The translations under genes and the position numbers were made by a program. A stretch of DNA of 63,356 nucleotides, filler included, from Craspedostauros australis (Eukaryota): NCBI GenBank assembly GCA_030167865.1. It is 13 parts of 13 records of this genome, joined end to end, with 100 filler letters (N's around TTAATTAATTAA, not from the genome) between each part and the next. Parts side by side here need not be neighbours in the genome. Positions count along the whole stretch, not along the records: positions 1 to 31,909 come from JALAGF010000697.1; 12 more parts are not named here. One strand, 5' to 3'. A model generated the notes under the pieces. The model was not told where the DNA came from. It saw only the letters and a program-made list of their open reading frames with translations, and searched no databases. The number at the start of each line of letters is the position of its first letter. Within the stretch, counting starts at the first letter, position 1. Positions 1 to 12,434 of the stretch are shown here, in pieces.

Positions 1-1647
1 GTCAAACTGCACAAGTAACCACTGAAGACATATTGGCCCATTGGTGCATGCCCTGGTCGGAGCTTTTGTGTTTTATTGTGAGTCATCCGAGGACGATCTC
101 CAACCAGTATTTTGGATTTATACGATTAGCAAAAAGGTAAGAAGTACAGTGAAAGCTGTCATCAATGAACCTGCACGTACTCGAATCACAACACGAGAAA
201 CAACAAGGTAAACAACACCGCCGCCATCAGTCTCTTTCCGCACCATGCCAACAGCTCAGCAGATGACCTCGGCATCCCATGTCCAAGCGGAGCAAAGCAG
301 GTTACGCAGGACTTTGTACTAACAAACTAAGCTTGGTGTAAAATAATATTATACTATATTTTGCATACCATAGGATAAGTCACTGTGCTCCATTAAATGA
401 TGTTATGTTGTGTAGCATTCGCAAGTGTCGCTGTTGCAGCCGACGCGCAGGGATGCCACCACCAACGCTGTGCTGTTTGGCACAACACGCACAAGCGAGG
501 AACGTCCAACCGAGCCAAATCACCAACAACGTGAGGAATCAACATGACACCAAACCTGCCACAACTTCACCATCAATACAGTTGGATACCATCGCAGTCT
601 GACATCGACCGTCAATGACGTCATCATTTTCGTCTGCGGAGAAGACAAGCCAGCCATGTTTTTGTGTCGTAAAAGCTAGCTATATTTATCTAACCCTAAT
701 GGACAACACGAAAAATCATGTTCTAAAAATATCACGTTTCAGTATCTCAAATCCGCAGGATACTACACGACTTCGCTGAATGGGGTCGTATGTGCGATGC
801 GGGCAGGACCTAGATCTAGCATACCTACGAGTATTCGGGTGGATCTACCGAATTGCATTGACTGCTCTGCCAGGCACCGCCATGCCTGCGCAAGTGCCAA
901 GATTCAATTGGCACGTAGTCGGTCAATCGACCTGTCGTTCCGTATAGTATCATGTCGACAAACCGGACGTAGGTAGCACAATCATCCAATAGACCTCCAA
1001 TCTATGCGATGCACGGCAGTGGTCTCGGTAGAATCGTGTCACACAACGCGCGGAATGATCGAAGGCTCCACCGCGAACCCATCGCTTCCCCTTGACGTTT
1101 TGAGTTCTCATTGCGAGCACACTTGTGTACCAGTAACGCCTCCGAAGCGGAACCGCATGAAGCCAGCCATGGCGAGATGCTCTCCCAGGACCAGTCCAAC
1201 ATGATGCACGAGGGACACGGATAAAGCACGAGTAGAGGCGCGTCGTGGGTGTGGTACGAGCAACGAGAGAGCAAAATTGGTTAAGGTGATTATGTGTTTG
1301 TATCAGAGCATTGGTATTGGTATCTGTACGATGGGGTGGTGCGTTGCGTTGTAGCGGTAAACTAGTGTACACTATTCGGAGGTGGAACTGCCCTGTTGCA
1401 CCATCCTTCGCATCTGCATCTGTATTGGACGGCGAGTTGTGTGTCCTGTTTGATGTCGGTTTGGTTGGGCACCTCATGGCATGACATGACACTTCTCCCC
1501 CAGTTGACGACACTCTGCTCTTCTCGCGAAAAGGAAGCGCAAGGCATTGCGATGCAAGGGCTGGGTCCAGGAAGGAATTGATCTCCCCAGTTTACGCACA
1601 TATGAAACACCTTGGGTGACGATGATGATGGGCCATGGCCATTCGCA

Positions 1648-3399
1648 TCACACAACGTTGCTGTTCCTGCGTTTCGAGGTCTCCAATTTCTGCTTCCCAC
1701 GCAGGATGGACATCATGCTCTCACAGACGAGCTCGATTGGCTCCATGATGGAAGAGGACTGCCTTGTTTGGCTCCTCTGGCGTTGCACCTTCTGCATCTG
1801 TTTGACAACGTCGTCGATGTCTTCTCGGGTGTAGCGCTGCACGTTGACGTAGACGCCAGATTCCACGGTTGCGCTGTCGTGCCGGGTGTCCGGCTTGCTG
1901 ACCGTGCATCGCATCAGAAGCTCCCTCCTGTGCGAGCTGCTCAGCTTGAGCTGTCGTTCCACGAACAAACGAGAGGACTGGCTTGTGCGACGCGATCGGG
2001 ACTTGCTCTTGATGGTCCTTGCGGATGAGCGTGATGTCGACGTCGAAGTACGAACAGACGCGGCGCTTGAGCTGCCATCGGCTCTGCTAGACCTCTTGAT
2101 GTTGCGCTGGGTCTCAAAGTCGTTGATGTTGAACTCCTTTGCCTTCATCGGATTCCAGTCCAACATCAGAGGCGGGCCGCAGGAACATGCTGGATTGTCG
2201 CCCAGCATGATCGGGTACCAGCGAACCTGGACGGATGTGAAGCGCACGAACTTCCTCTTCTTGGTTCTGTAGGACGATGGCCGGCTTTGCGCATGGGCAA
2301 TCGATGTGGTGGAGCTAAACGACGACGAGATCGTCGAGAGCGCCGATGAGCTGGCACGCAGGACCTTGCGGTCACCATCACTTTGACGTTGCTTGTCTGC
2401 GACAGCAGCATCTGCCGGAGCAGCAGGAGTGGCGGGGCTTGCATCCTCGTTGTGCCTTGAAACAGAAGCCGCCGACTGTGGCAATGATGTTGGTGTCGTT
2501 GTCGGTGTTGGCGTTGAGGTTGATGTGGGTATCAGCGTTGCGTTTCGGTCAGAATCATTCGCTTTGGGCTTGGTGTCTGGTGGTAATGTTTCGGTGGCCA
2601 CATCGGGAACTGGGATACCTCTCGGCACAGAGGGATGGGGCGACTGTCTTGTGACTTCGGGTTGTTGTTGTGGCCATGAAAGCCCCGCGAGGTCGGACGC
2701 AGATAGCCGATCAACTGGGATCTCCACGCTTCCCAGATTGACGCGCGAGGATGATGTTGTAGTACTCTTCTGTGGCGGTTCTCTATCTGTCATGTCCTCA
2801 GCATGAGGCTGCTGCTGCTGCTGCTGTTGGAGCGCAGGGTCGATGTCAGTGGATGCTGCTGTTTCACTCCCCACGGCCATTGCGGTCGCTCGTAACGTAT
2901 TTGAAGTCTCCAGCTCGCTTTGTGAGTGCGATGCTGATGGATTGACGTCATCATCATCATCATCATCTGCATTGCTTGCATCTCCATTTGTGCTGAGTTC
3001 ATCATCCTCTTCGTCCTCCTCGTCCCCGTTGCTGCTGTCATCATGAAGGTGCCGCAGCGAGCCGCTCGAATGTGCGGGATTGGCCCTCGAGGCAGACGAT
3101 GGCGTGGTGACGGCCGTTCCCTCATCAGTCAACATGGTCGACTTGGTGATGACGGTGGTGTCCTCCCCTTGCTGTTTGTGCTTTGCCTCGTGATCCAGGA
3201 CCGAAAGGTCGGGGCTGCCACTGTCTGTTCGTTCACAGGAGTCCAGCTGCTGTCTGATGTGATCGTAGAGCAAGGCATCCGATTGATTGTTCTTCCGTGT
3301 GCGTGACGAGATTGATTTCCACCACCGCCTTGACCGTTTCGTCTTGCGGCGCATTTCCAGCAGGTTGTTCATCTCTTTGAGATCTTGGTCGAGTGTCAT
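1648..3399 (-). CDS. Low-complexity protein with a C-terminal RVxF / GDNPxCS domain (diatom-expanded, CSRNP N-terminal-like)
   Basis: Long ORF (track 1648..3579); first ATG is at 3399 (MTLDQDLKEM). Motifs KRKFVRFTSVQVRWYPIMLGDNPACSCGPPLMLDW, then LSSSHRRELL and YTREDIDDVVKQMQKVQRQR, are shared with the paralogue at 23599-24303. Confidence 0.8.
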   Translation of the reverse strand: MTLDQDLKEMNNLLEMRRKTKRSRRWWKSISSRTRKNNQSDALLYDHIRQQLDSCERTDSGSPDLSVLDHEAKHKQQGEDTTVITKSTMLTDEGTAVTTPSSASRANPAHSSGSLRHLHDDSSNGDEEDEEDDELSTNGDASNADDDDDDDVNPSASHSQSELETSNTLRATAMAVGSETAASTDIDPALQQQQQQQPHAEDMTDREPPQKSTTTSSSRVNLGSVEIPVDRLSASDLAGLSWPQQQPEVTRQSPHPSVPRGIPVPDVATETLPPDTKPKANDSDRNATLIPTSTSTPTPTTTPTSLPQSAASVSRHNEDASPATPAAPADAAVADKQRQSDGDRKVLRASSSALSTISSSFSSTTSIAHAQSRPSSYRTKKRKFVRFTSVQVRWYPIMLGDNPACSCGPPLMLDWNPMKAKEFNINDFETQRNIKRSSRADGSSSAASVRTSTSTSRSSARTIKSKSRSRRTSQSSRLFVERQLKLSSSHRRELLMRCTVSKPDTRHDSATVESGVYVNVQRYTREDIDDVVKQMQKVQRQRSQTRQSSSIMEPIELVCESMMSILRGKQKLETSKRRNSNVV

Positions 3400-6300
3400 G
3401 GTTATGCGCAGACTGCGCTGGCCGATGAGGTTGTTGTCGTCTGTGAGTGTGGTGTTGCTGAGCAGGTTGTGGGTCAGTTTGGCTGCTCCCTGCTTTGTGC
3501 TCCCTATTGTTGACAAGCTATGGCTGCTCTCCCTGTGGTGATGCAACTGCAATGTGCTACAAATACGAATTACCTGCACGATACTTGCACAAGTCGAAGG
3601 ATGTTGAGAAGCGGAATAGCAATCAGACTGGAGCAGCTCTGTTTGGGTTGTCCCTCGGTGTCTTTCGTGTCTCCTTTGGCCGGTTGCTCTCTGTTGGTTT
3701 CTGCTGTATTTTGTGGTAGAGGGATGTCGGACAGAAAGTGACTGTTATGAGGCGCGGCGACGAGGCGCCTACTTCAACACGTGACGGATCAGTACGGTTG
3801 TGGCACTTATTTGTGATTGGGCACGGGGAGTGAGATGCTGCGACGAGTGTCCGCATGTACCTGTGGGTGTGGTGTCCCTTCCAAGCCCAATCTTGGTTTT
3901 GGTTCCCAGGGAATCTCCTTTGGAGACAAAGTGCGCCAGAGAGAAATGTTTCCTGGTCTTTCTGTCTCGCGCTCGACAATTGGTGCACACCGGGAGCTTT
4001 CCAACAGCGAAGACACACCGCCGCCTTCCTTCGTTGAAGGGAGGTGGTGGTGATCGCAAGGTGATGGCGATGGTGGCGGTGATGGTGTTCGTTCCTCTGA
4101 TGTCCACGCTTCGCGTTGGCTTCTGCTTGCACTTGTCTCTTGGATTGCTCCGCCGTTGCCTTTTGTTAGTGTTGGTCGTTGCCGCGAACTGATGCGTGCT
4201 TCGTAATCGAATGTGCAGAAGGGGCACAGACATGCTCTCTGATCGGAGTGATGCTTCCGAGGGTGTAATGTGGCGTCTCTCCTCATTTCTTCAACGAAAG
4301 TCGACGACACCATGTTGCCCTTGTAGTTGGAAACAGCCCGGACAACGCGAGCATTGCCTTCGAAGAGCAGTTGCGTCAGTTGCTGCGGCCACGACCACCA
4401 CTTCGGCCACGGTTGCGCAATTGCGTTTCCCAGTGATGGCGGCAACTGCGGAGGCAGAGAGATGCGGCACTGCGAGCTTCAACGAAACCGCCTCCAATGA
4501 CACATTCTCAACCACGCAGACGAATCAAACGATGACTCCGCCGCCACCCCACATCACAACACCACATGTGTTCGTTTGTCCTCGACTTTCCTTGAGTACT
4601 GTTGGAGCAGAGTGAGTGGTCGTGGCCGTTTCGGCCTTTGTCATGCCATTCCACCGTGCGGAACTGGATGGGATCAGCGTTTGTCATGGTGAACAAGTTC
4701 CGTCGTTGTTACCGTTGTGGTCGTTGTCCCACGTCAACCACCTCCACTCAAACAATTGCTCTCCCGCGTAGTAGCGTTGACGAATGTCATTGACACTTCC
4801 GAAGGGTTCAAGCTCCACAACGCGATCGTTCCGTGTTGTGCAAACGCGAAGAGCCCTATTTTGGAGAACGACGTTTCTCACACACCAATCATCATCCTCC
4901 AACCGTTTCCACTTTTTGCGCAGCTCGCGCAGGTCGTAGTATCGACAGTGGGAACTCGCGTGGAGCTGTTTTGCGTCCGCGTTATGTAAGCGGCAGAGTT
5001 CGAATAGTCATTGTGTCGCAACACATGTTCCTTCTGTGGCAGCGAAACTATTAGCGCCAAGCCGAAGGACCAACAATAAACGAACAATATGTTTAACGGA
5101 CCTACACGGACACTATATCACGAAGAATCCTTCATGTGCCTATTTCAAGCAGTCTTCACGGTCAGAAAACGTTCGACAGGAGCCTTAGAAGGAAAAATAC
5201 GGTGTAAAATGGTTCACGCGTTCAATGTATCTCGATACGATTCGCGCAAACGCTTCAACTTGAATATCGTGGAACGACGGCTCTGCCTTTCCAGCGTGGA
5301 AGTCCACGTTCTTCACGGGATTCGCAGGTTGTTGTTCCGCGCCTTCTCCGTGATTTGCCAACTTGCTTCGCAAGACGCGTTGAAACTAACGGCACTGTCG
5401 TCACAACGCGTCCCCATTTCCACTGGCTGGATCTTGGTTTGGTTTTGTTACCGGCCCATACAGGACGACATGCCAGACGCCACCGCTCTCTCCACGCACT
5501 CGATTCTGTTGATTGGCACGCAGCAGCAGCGACACCACACAACGGCAACAACAACAACAACACCATCACCACACGCATCTCCGATCACAGAAGATCCCTT
5601 GGCCAGGACAGAGCTCAGAGAAAGGCAAGACCGACGTGGCCAGAGACGACCAGCGAAGATGATGATGTGGTGCGAGCTTTTCCTCACTCCTCGTATCTGC
5701 ACGATACCACACCATGCGCAGGTGAAGAGAGTCCAAGCACACGCCCTTCCCCTTCCGCTGTCCTTTCATACCGACACGACAGTGTGACTGTGAGATGTCG
5801 CAATCGATGCTGTCTGCCTTCCAGGACAGAGTATCAACGTCGCTCACCAACCGAGTGTCGAGGCGCATTGGCATCGCGACAAAATGAAATGGATTTCATC
5901 TTTCTTTTGGACGTTTTCGCAGCAGTGGACGATTTGCGATTTGTCTTTCGGCCCATTCGACCCACGCTCGAATATTACCTTTCGATACGGTGGACGAGCT
6001 GTGAGGAAGGGGCCAGCCCGGTTGATAGCACCGCACACGAGAATCGCAAGGTGTGTTCCAGCAAAATGGTGCGACTTCCAGCCTCTCGGGTCGACTAAAT
6101 GCTGGGGAATGCATCGCATCCTGACGGTGTTCCTTGGCGAGGAGGCAGCACTAATCGTGCCAACACACGAACGCACAGGCACACATACACGCGTACATGC
6201 ACATGTGCATACACGCAAACTCATGGACACACGGACATGCTGAAATGCGGGCACTGCGCGAGGACTCGCCCGCGCGCGATGGATACGAACCACGCACATT

Positions 6301-7872
6301 CCCACCCAAACTCAGAGCAAGAGATGCCATGTGCACCGCCCATCACCGACTTCAGCTTCTCCGTATCAGCGAGTTCAGCACAGAAGGTTAGGGTATCCGT
6401 GCTTGGATAGTTCATCAGAACCATCATGGCGACTGCGCCGGCGACACCAATAGCGTGGCTGGTGCGACTACATCGGGCGACAGACATGAAAGAAAAAGCG
6501 AAAAAGATGACGGCCAAGAAGCGTTTTTGATGAACTGTCGTGAAAGAACATGTGCTCTCAATGTTCTGAACCCGTGCATCGATGGAGCAACGTGCAGAAC
6601 GATGCCTTCAATGCGCATGGCGCAACACACGCCAGTGGTGAAATCAGAAATCAGGACGGTGCACGTGGCTTCAAACACGATCATTGCTTCAATGCTTTCA
6701 TGCTTCCATTTCCTGCGCAAATCCAACGCATGCATGTCGCATCAATCTCGAACCCAGGCGATGACAAAGGCATCGCCCAACGAGACACGATGCCAGACAC
6801 TCCAAGTTTGAGGAACGTGGAATTTCACTACGGGTATTGACCTGCACACCAAACACCCAACCCGCTCACTGGGGAAAAATGAGCTGGTTGGTGAGCTTGT
6901 CGAGCCGCTCCAGTGTCCTGTTTCAAGCCATGGAGCTGGGTGCGACAAGGCACATCGAATCTCGACGATACAACTCCTGGAGTTCCAATCGAAAAGTGTG
7001 ACTGGCGCTGTTGGCATTCGGCTGGAAATCGTTCGAAGGCACATGCAATCACTTATTCTCCTACCATGCGAGTATCACCCAATATCGTGTCTGGAAAGGA
7101 GGCAGAAGCAGCTTGACCACACCGAACTGGAAGAAAAGAACATTGGCGTTGACACAGGAGTGCTCGTAGCAAGACTATTGTTCTATTCTTGTTCGGCGGA
7201 CCAAACAGCCAATCAACTTCTCCACTTGGCAGAACACAAGCATGGTGTGGGTCGATCTTGAGGCGAGAACTCCCTTGCTTCGGCGCGGACTGACACCGAG
7301 TGCCACGCCGTGTGGTATGGCATGGTATTGTTCCATTCGGCTGATCGAGCTCATCAAGAATTGGCGCCAGACGTCTTGCCTTCGAAAGTTGTCAGAATAC
7401 TGGTACCAACTCGTACTCTCCACAATTCGTGTCGACTCTTTTGCAATTTCATCGCCTCTTGAACACACCAACGAATGTGGCGCCTACAGCATGCACAGAA
7501 GGACGAGCACACCGAGAAGAATTCAGAACGGCAAGCAAGACCAAGGTGATGCCAGAACTTGATGAATCTTCGTCTCATGTTCGCGCACGTAATCTGCGAC
7601 ATCCACACACGCATCCATCATGCTATTCTGCTCATGCTTCTGGCCTGTATCAGCCTCGAAGAAGCAGCAGCAGCAGCACGTCCTTCGTGGCGATGACTCC
7701 TGATGCATTGGTGTTGACAGCTGGCGGCGGAGACAAGTAATGTAAACGACCGTGTTCGAAGCTCGGGGCGCATCAACCATGGTTCAACTCATATCATCAT
7801 CCCTCCCTCCATCGTCAGGCCAAGCTACGAACCTTCCGCAAACTACATAAGCAACGAACTGAGCAGCGACGA

Positions 7873-8943
7873 ATGCCACCTTATATGACTTGTCCCGCAC
7901 AGCCCAACATCACCATCATGAACAAGATGTATACCTTGACCGTGCGAGATATTATCGCCGGTCGAGGCAAGCACACGCAAGCGCACCCGGCCAACATCAT
8001 CTATCGGTGGATAATCCGCCTCAATCAGAGCATATTCTGCGATGCTCCTTCGGACGGCTCGAAAGGCAGGATTGGCAAGTGGACACTTGCAAAGATCCGG
8101 CAGGTCTTGAGAGGTTTCTTCTTGAGAAAGTCAATACAATGCGCGGCTGATGGCACCAAGCAGGTCGCTTGGAGTATTCTTGACGATCAGACATGCTTGA
8201 AAAAGGTGCTGCATGCTCTGCGTGAGAAGGAGAAATCACAGACATGCTTGGAAAAGGTGCTGCATGCTCTGCGTGAGGAGGAGAAACCACGCAGGAGTCA
8301 ACCACGAATATCACACGAGACACAACTTGCGCAAGCAAAATTGGAATTAGGTACGTTACGAGTTATGAAGACTTACATATCTGCCCGGCATACTGCTATG
8401 GTCATATTCGCGACGATGTGTGCTGTTTGATCGCGCTTCCATTGACAATTTCATGTGGTGTCGTACAAGCCATCGTGAATAAATACGAGCTTGTGACAGT
8501 CGCAGATAATCGCACCTCACGCATTGCTTGAATCCGATTCATGTTGCTGACTATTATGCCCATAATCATCGTTCGCAGGGTATGCAGAGGAAGACCTTCA
8601 AGAACATACTCTTGTCTACCCTCACCGTCATCAACAACAACAACAATACGAACAAAACGACGATCATTTGGCCTTGAGACGACCAAATGTCCACCAAGAC
8701 ACCCATCAGGCGCAAGTCCCCGAACGTCGAGTACAGACCGATGAGGCACCAAGGCAGGCCGCACCGGCAGCGCAGCCAGACACAGCACAAGCGGCGGTGA
8801 TGACGCACCCAACACAAACAAACTTCCCGCTCTTTGGCTTGCAAGTATCACACCTCGATTTTGATCATGAACATGGAAGCATCAGCGATGAACTGCTGAA
8901 TGAATGGGGCGATGGTTTGTTTTCAAGCGATTCTTTCGAATAG
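7873..8943 (+). CDS. DUF6824-domain protein (putative regulator), 2 exons: 7873-8350 and 8579-8943
   Basis: DIIAGRG...HPANIIYR...GFFLRK...W...KKVLHALRE matches the DUF6824 pattern. A GTACGT donor at 8351 and a CGCAG acceptor ending 8578 (CTGAC branch-like site upstream) join in frame to the ORF ending 8943. Confidence 0.75.
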
Positions 8944-9039
8944 CGGCGTCTTGCGGCATTGTTGATCGCGATCCTCCTCCTCCAACGCATACTCCGCGGC
9001 AAGAACTGCAGCAGGAACGAAGAACGAGCCAACCACAGT

Positions 9040-9189
9040 CACTGCCACTGCCACTGCCACTGCCACTGCCACTGCCACTGTGGAGAACAATGACCTCGCA
9101 GAGTCGATCAGTCGAGTGGAGCAGTCGAGTAGAGTACATTAAGATAATCCAGAAATTGTTTGTTTGTTTGTTTGTTTGTTTGTTTGTTT
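9040..9189. repeat. Microsatellites (CACTGC)~7 at 9040-9080 and (TTTG)~8 at 9156-9189
   Basis: Read directly from the sequence. Confidence 0.9.
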
Positions 9190-11717
9190 CGGACAAGCGT
9201 GTGCACGTAAGAATGTGTGAAACGGCCTGCGGTGTTGTGCTTGTGAGCATGGACACAGAGAGGAATGGAGGGCCAGGTCGAGTGAGCGGTGGAGGATCCC
9301 ACATCCAAGGAACACGAGTTTCGCCCAACGAAAGAATCTTGAAGTTCGTAGAGCTCGCCTTCACAGATGACAACCTGGGACGTAAATGCTTCGACGCGCT
9401 GCCCATGAATGAGAATCAGCCAATCCACTTCAATCGCACACCCACCGGCAAACGTCGAGAGAGACCCATTGAGGAAGACACCACGAAAACGCAACTATTA
9501 TACTATACGAGTAGCTCATGCCCTGAATCATTTGCATGACTCTCGTTGCGCATCATTATGCATCATCATCATGAGCGTTTTTGGTGGTGCCGTCCAACAC
9601 GAGGGATCTCAACCAATCGCTCTTTGAGAAGCGCAGATTGGCAGGTCCCTCTCGCAAGACCCAAAGTCTGCCAATCTGGAGCACCAGGTCTGGTACGAGT
9701 AAGTCTGATACAATCACAAGCCGAAGAGCCCTGGCTTGGCCTTCCCACGGAGCAACGCGAATGGAGGCTGCGCTGGCACCATCCACCGACTGCGTGGCGC
9801 CTGCTTCATCCACCTCGTACCACAATCGTGAGTTAATTGTGTGCTATTCTCTCCACACAAAGATGCGTGCAGCTCACGTGCGTACGCATGTGCTGGAGGT
9901 GGTGTTGTAGTAGAGGATCAAGAAGTCTGGATGGAGGCAGTGCGAAGTGCGGATCGAGAAGTCGGGGGGAGACTGATCGATCAACTGCATCGACAACTCT
10001 CTCGAGTCTTCTTTTGATCCTGAAGCCGTGATTGAGAAGGCTGGCATCACGCGAGCGAGAACCAAGGAAAGCAATAAGTGTGCTATGGCGCGAACGGAGA
10101 CCCGGTGCCAATGGACGGAAGTCCAAGCACGTTCGAAGGCAGCAACAGCCTCTGGTCCAAAGGCGGACGGGTGCCTCTTGGATTGTAGAGCGCAGCAACA
10201 GGGGCTGATACGTCCATACGAATACCGTGGCCTGCCTACTATATTCCCATCCGAGCACAGTGTAGTCGTTGTCCGTATTGTCCGAAAGTACCTGCCCTCT
10301 GTGGAAAGTGAGATCTTGGGCTCCTCATGCACTTGGTTGGTTGGTGCTCCAACTCGTAGTCTCGCTCGTGCGGGCGTCGCGCACGAAGGTGACGCGGCTG
10401 CCTCGTTCCATAGTCGTACGATGAGCCTTGCTTGGGGGGCGCTCGAAGATCGCTCACAAGGTCTCACGCCCCCTCCTCATTCTTGCCGTTCGCCCAGGCG
10501 GAAACAGAACAAATAGCTTCGAAATTCTCTTCACGTTTCTCATGGATGCGATGTCCCTGCCCACAACCCAACAGCAAGCCATACTGCTGGTAGCAGGCAC
10601 CGTACGCACGAGCCCAGGTCGAGTGTGAGGGATTTGATCCAAAGGCGTCAGCTCGATTTCAGTGACATCATCCTCAACCAAATAAGTGGGAGATCGCGTT
10701 TCTTGATCCCAAGTCATAAGTCTCAGGGACAATTGATGTTGCACATCCTCAAAGAGAAGGGTGCTGAACGAGAACCGAAGACCCCCAAGACAGAGGCAGT
10801 GCGTACCAACAAAGCACACGATAGCAAAATGTGGGCGAGTAGGAGGAGACACAAAGAGAAGCACGATTTCCAGAACGCCGCCAGGGAATCGAATAGTCGG
10901 CCGTTCTCGTGCGCTCATGGCTTGGGTACGAGAAGACAGTATGTAAGAGTACGTGTGGTATGACCCATGGCACGGGTGTGGTGCTGACGAGTTTCGTGTC
11001 TTTGTGCGCGCGTGTAGTTCCTCGGCAGCGATAGCCGGCATTCCGCACATCACAACAGCGCAAAGATCCGCTGCATCGGTTCTGTTCTTTGCCGAATCGG
11101 ATCTTCGGCGAGCAACACTTGAAGGCTGTGGCAGCCGAAGACCAACGCAAACAACCAGGCAGCAGCACCGCGGGCGGTGGATGCAAGCGTGTGTTCGGAT
11201 CGGTTTTGGGGGGGATTGAGAATACTGATACCTTCTCGTACTACTGTGGAGACAATTCTCGTGCCGCAAAAGAAGAATCCAGGTATCAAGGCAAAAGAGA
11301 TTACGCTGGATGTCAGCGAACGGCTTTTTGCGTCGTTCCACAATCCAACTTCAATTCCAACTCCAACTCCACATCTTCCAGCGTTTCGAAGCATCCCGCA
11401 GCCATCATCATTCGATGACTCTCTCATTGTTGCGCTTGTGATCACCGACAACACACTACCACACGTACTCCATCGCAAGGATTGCCCTTGCACGATCACA
11501 TGAGAGGCCTCACCGTCACCTTCATCACATAAATCAACATCAGCCTCATCCTGTTTCCATCAACCAAACAAACAGACCGCAAGCCCACCATCTCCCACCG
11601 TCAACCATCACCACCACAACACCATACAGATCCTCTATCCGCACCATTCGTACTCGTACAAGCTCAAGCGCATCATCATCAGACCAGCAGCAAACTCCAA
11701 GCAAGGCCCAAGCAGCA

Positions 11718-12434
11718 ATGATCGATACTATCCGCCAACAGAGAAGCAGCACCATCATGAACAGTGAGATGCATCTGTTGAAGCCAGGTTCCATGGCCGG
11801 ACCCGAACCTACACCAAGACAGGCCCCTCTCGCCGAATCTGCAGCAACGAGAACGCAGATGCGGGAGGCCCCGCAAACGGCAGAGGCGCAGCATCCAAGC
11901 TACGCACCGCACATCTCCGCCCTCTCGATGCAACGGCTGCAGTTCGCCCTGTTCATCAAGGTGCTGCTCAACCAGATCAACGAGACGGGCAACACTGCCC
12001 TGACTCGTGAAATCAAGGCCCTCGTGTCGACGTCGGTGAGCTGGAGCCTCCGACACTCGAAGGAACTCAAGGCACAACGTGGGATGTCGATGGAGGAAGT
12101 CATTTCCATCTGCATACGCCCCTGGGTCGGCGAGCTGCACTGGCACCAAGCCCGCGAATCCACGCGCCAGATTCTCATGAAGAAGCGACGCCAATCCCGA
12201 AGCCGCAGCCGCCGCAATGTCCAACAACAGAAGCAGCAGCAGCAGCAGCAGCCGCAGCAACACGTCAGTCCAAAGCACGAACAGGAAGCAGAAGAAGAAC
12301 CCCTATCAAGGAACCGTGCAGAAGCTGTGGGAATGCTCCCATCGCATCCGTTGGTGATGCAACGGAGCCCTCGCGAACATCAGATCCTCCAGGCCCTGCA
12401 TCGCATCGAAAGGAGCAAAGAAGCAACTATTTGA
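11718..12434 (+). CDS. Hypothetical diatom-type protein with a small helical domain and a polyQ tract
   Basis: 238-aa ORF with coding-like codon use. QRLQFALFIKVLL...IKALVS...IRPWVGELHWHQA resembles a motif I recognise from uncharacterised diatom proteins. The start could be ATG 11757. Confidence 0.7.
   Translation: MIDTIRQQRSSTIMNSEMHLLKPGSMAGPEPTPRQAPLAESAATRTQMREAPQTAEAQHPSYAPHISALSMQRLQFALFIKVLLNQINETGNTALTREIKALVSTSVSWSLRHSKELKAQRGMSMEEVISICIRPWVGELHWHQARESTRQILMKKRRQSRSRSRRNVQQQKQQQQQQPQQHVSPKHEQEAEEEPLSRNRAEAVGMLPSHPLVMQRSPREHQILQALHRIERSKEATI

Noticed and set aside
10454..11341. 295-aa minus-strand ORF and neighbouring ORFs in 9000-11500
   Set aside because: No motif or coding-like composition; treated as intergenic.
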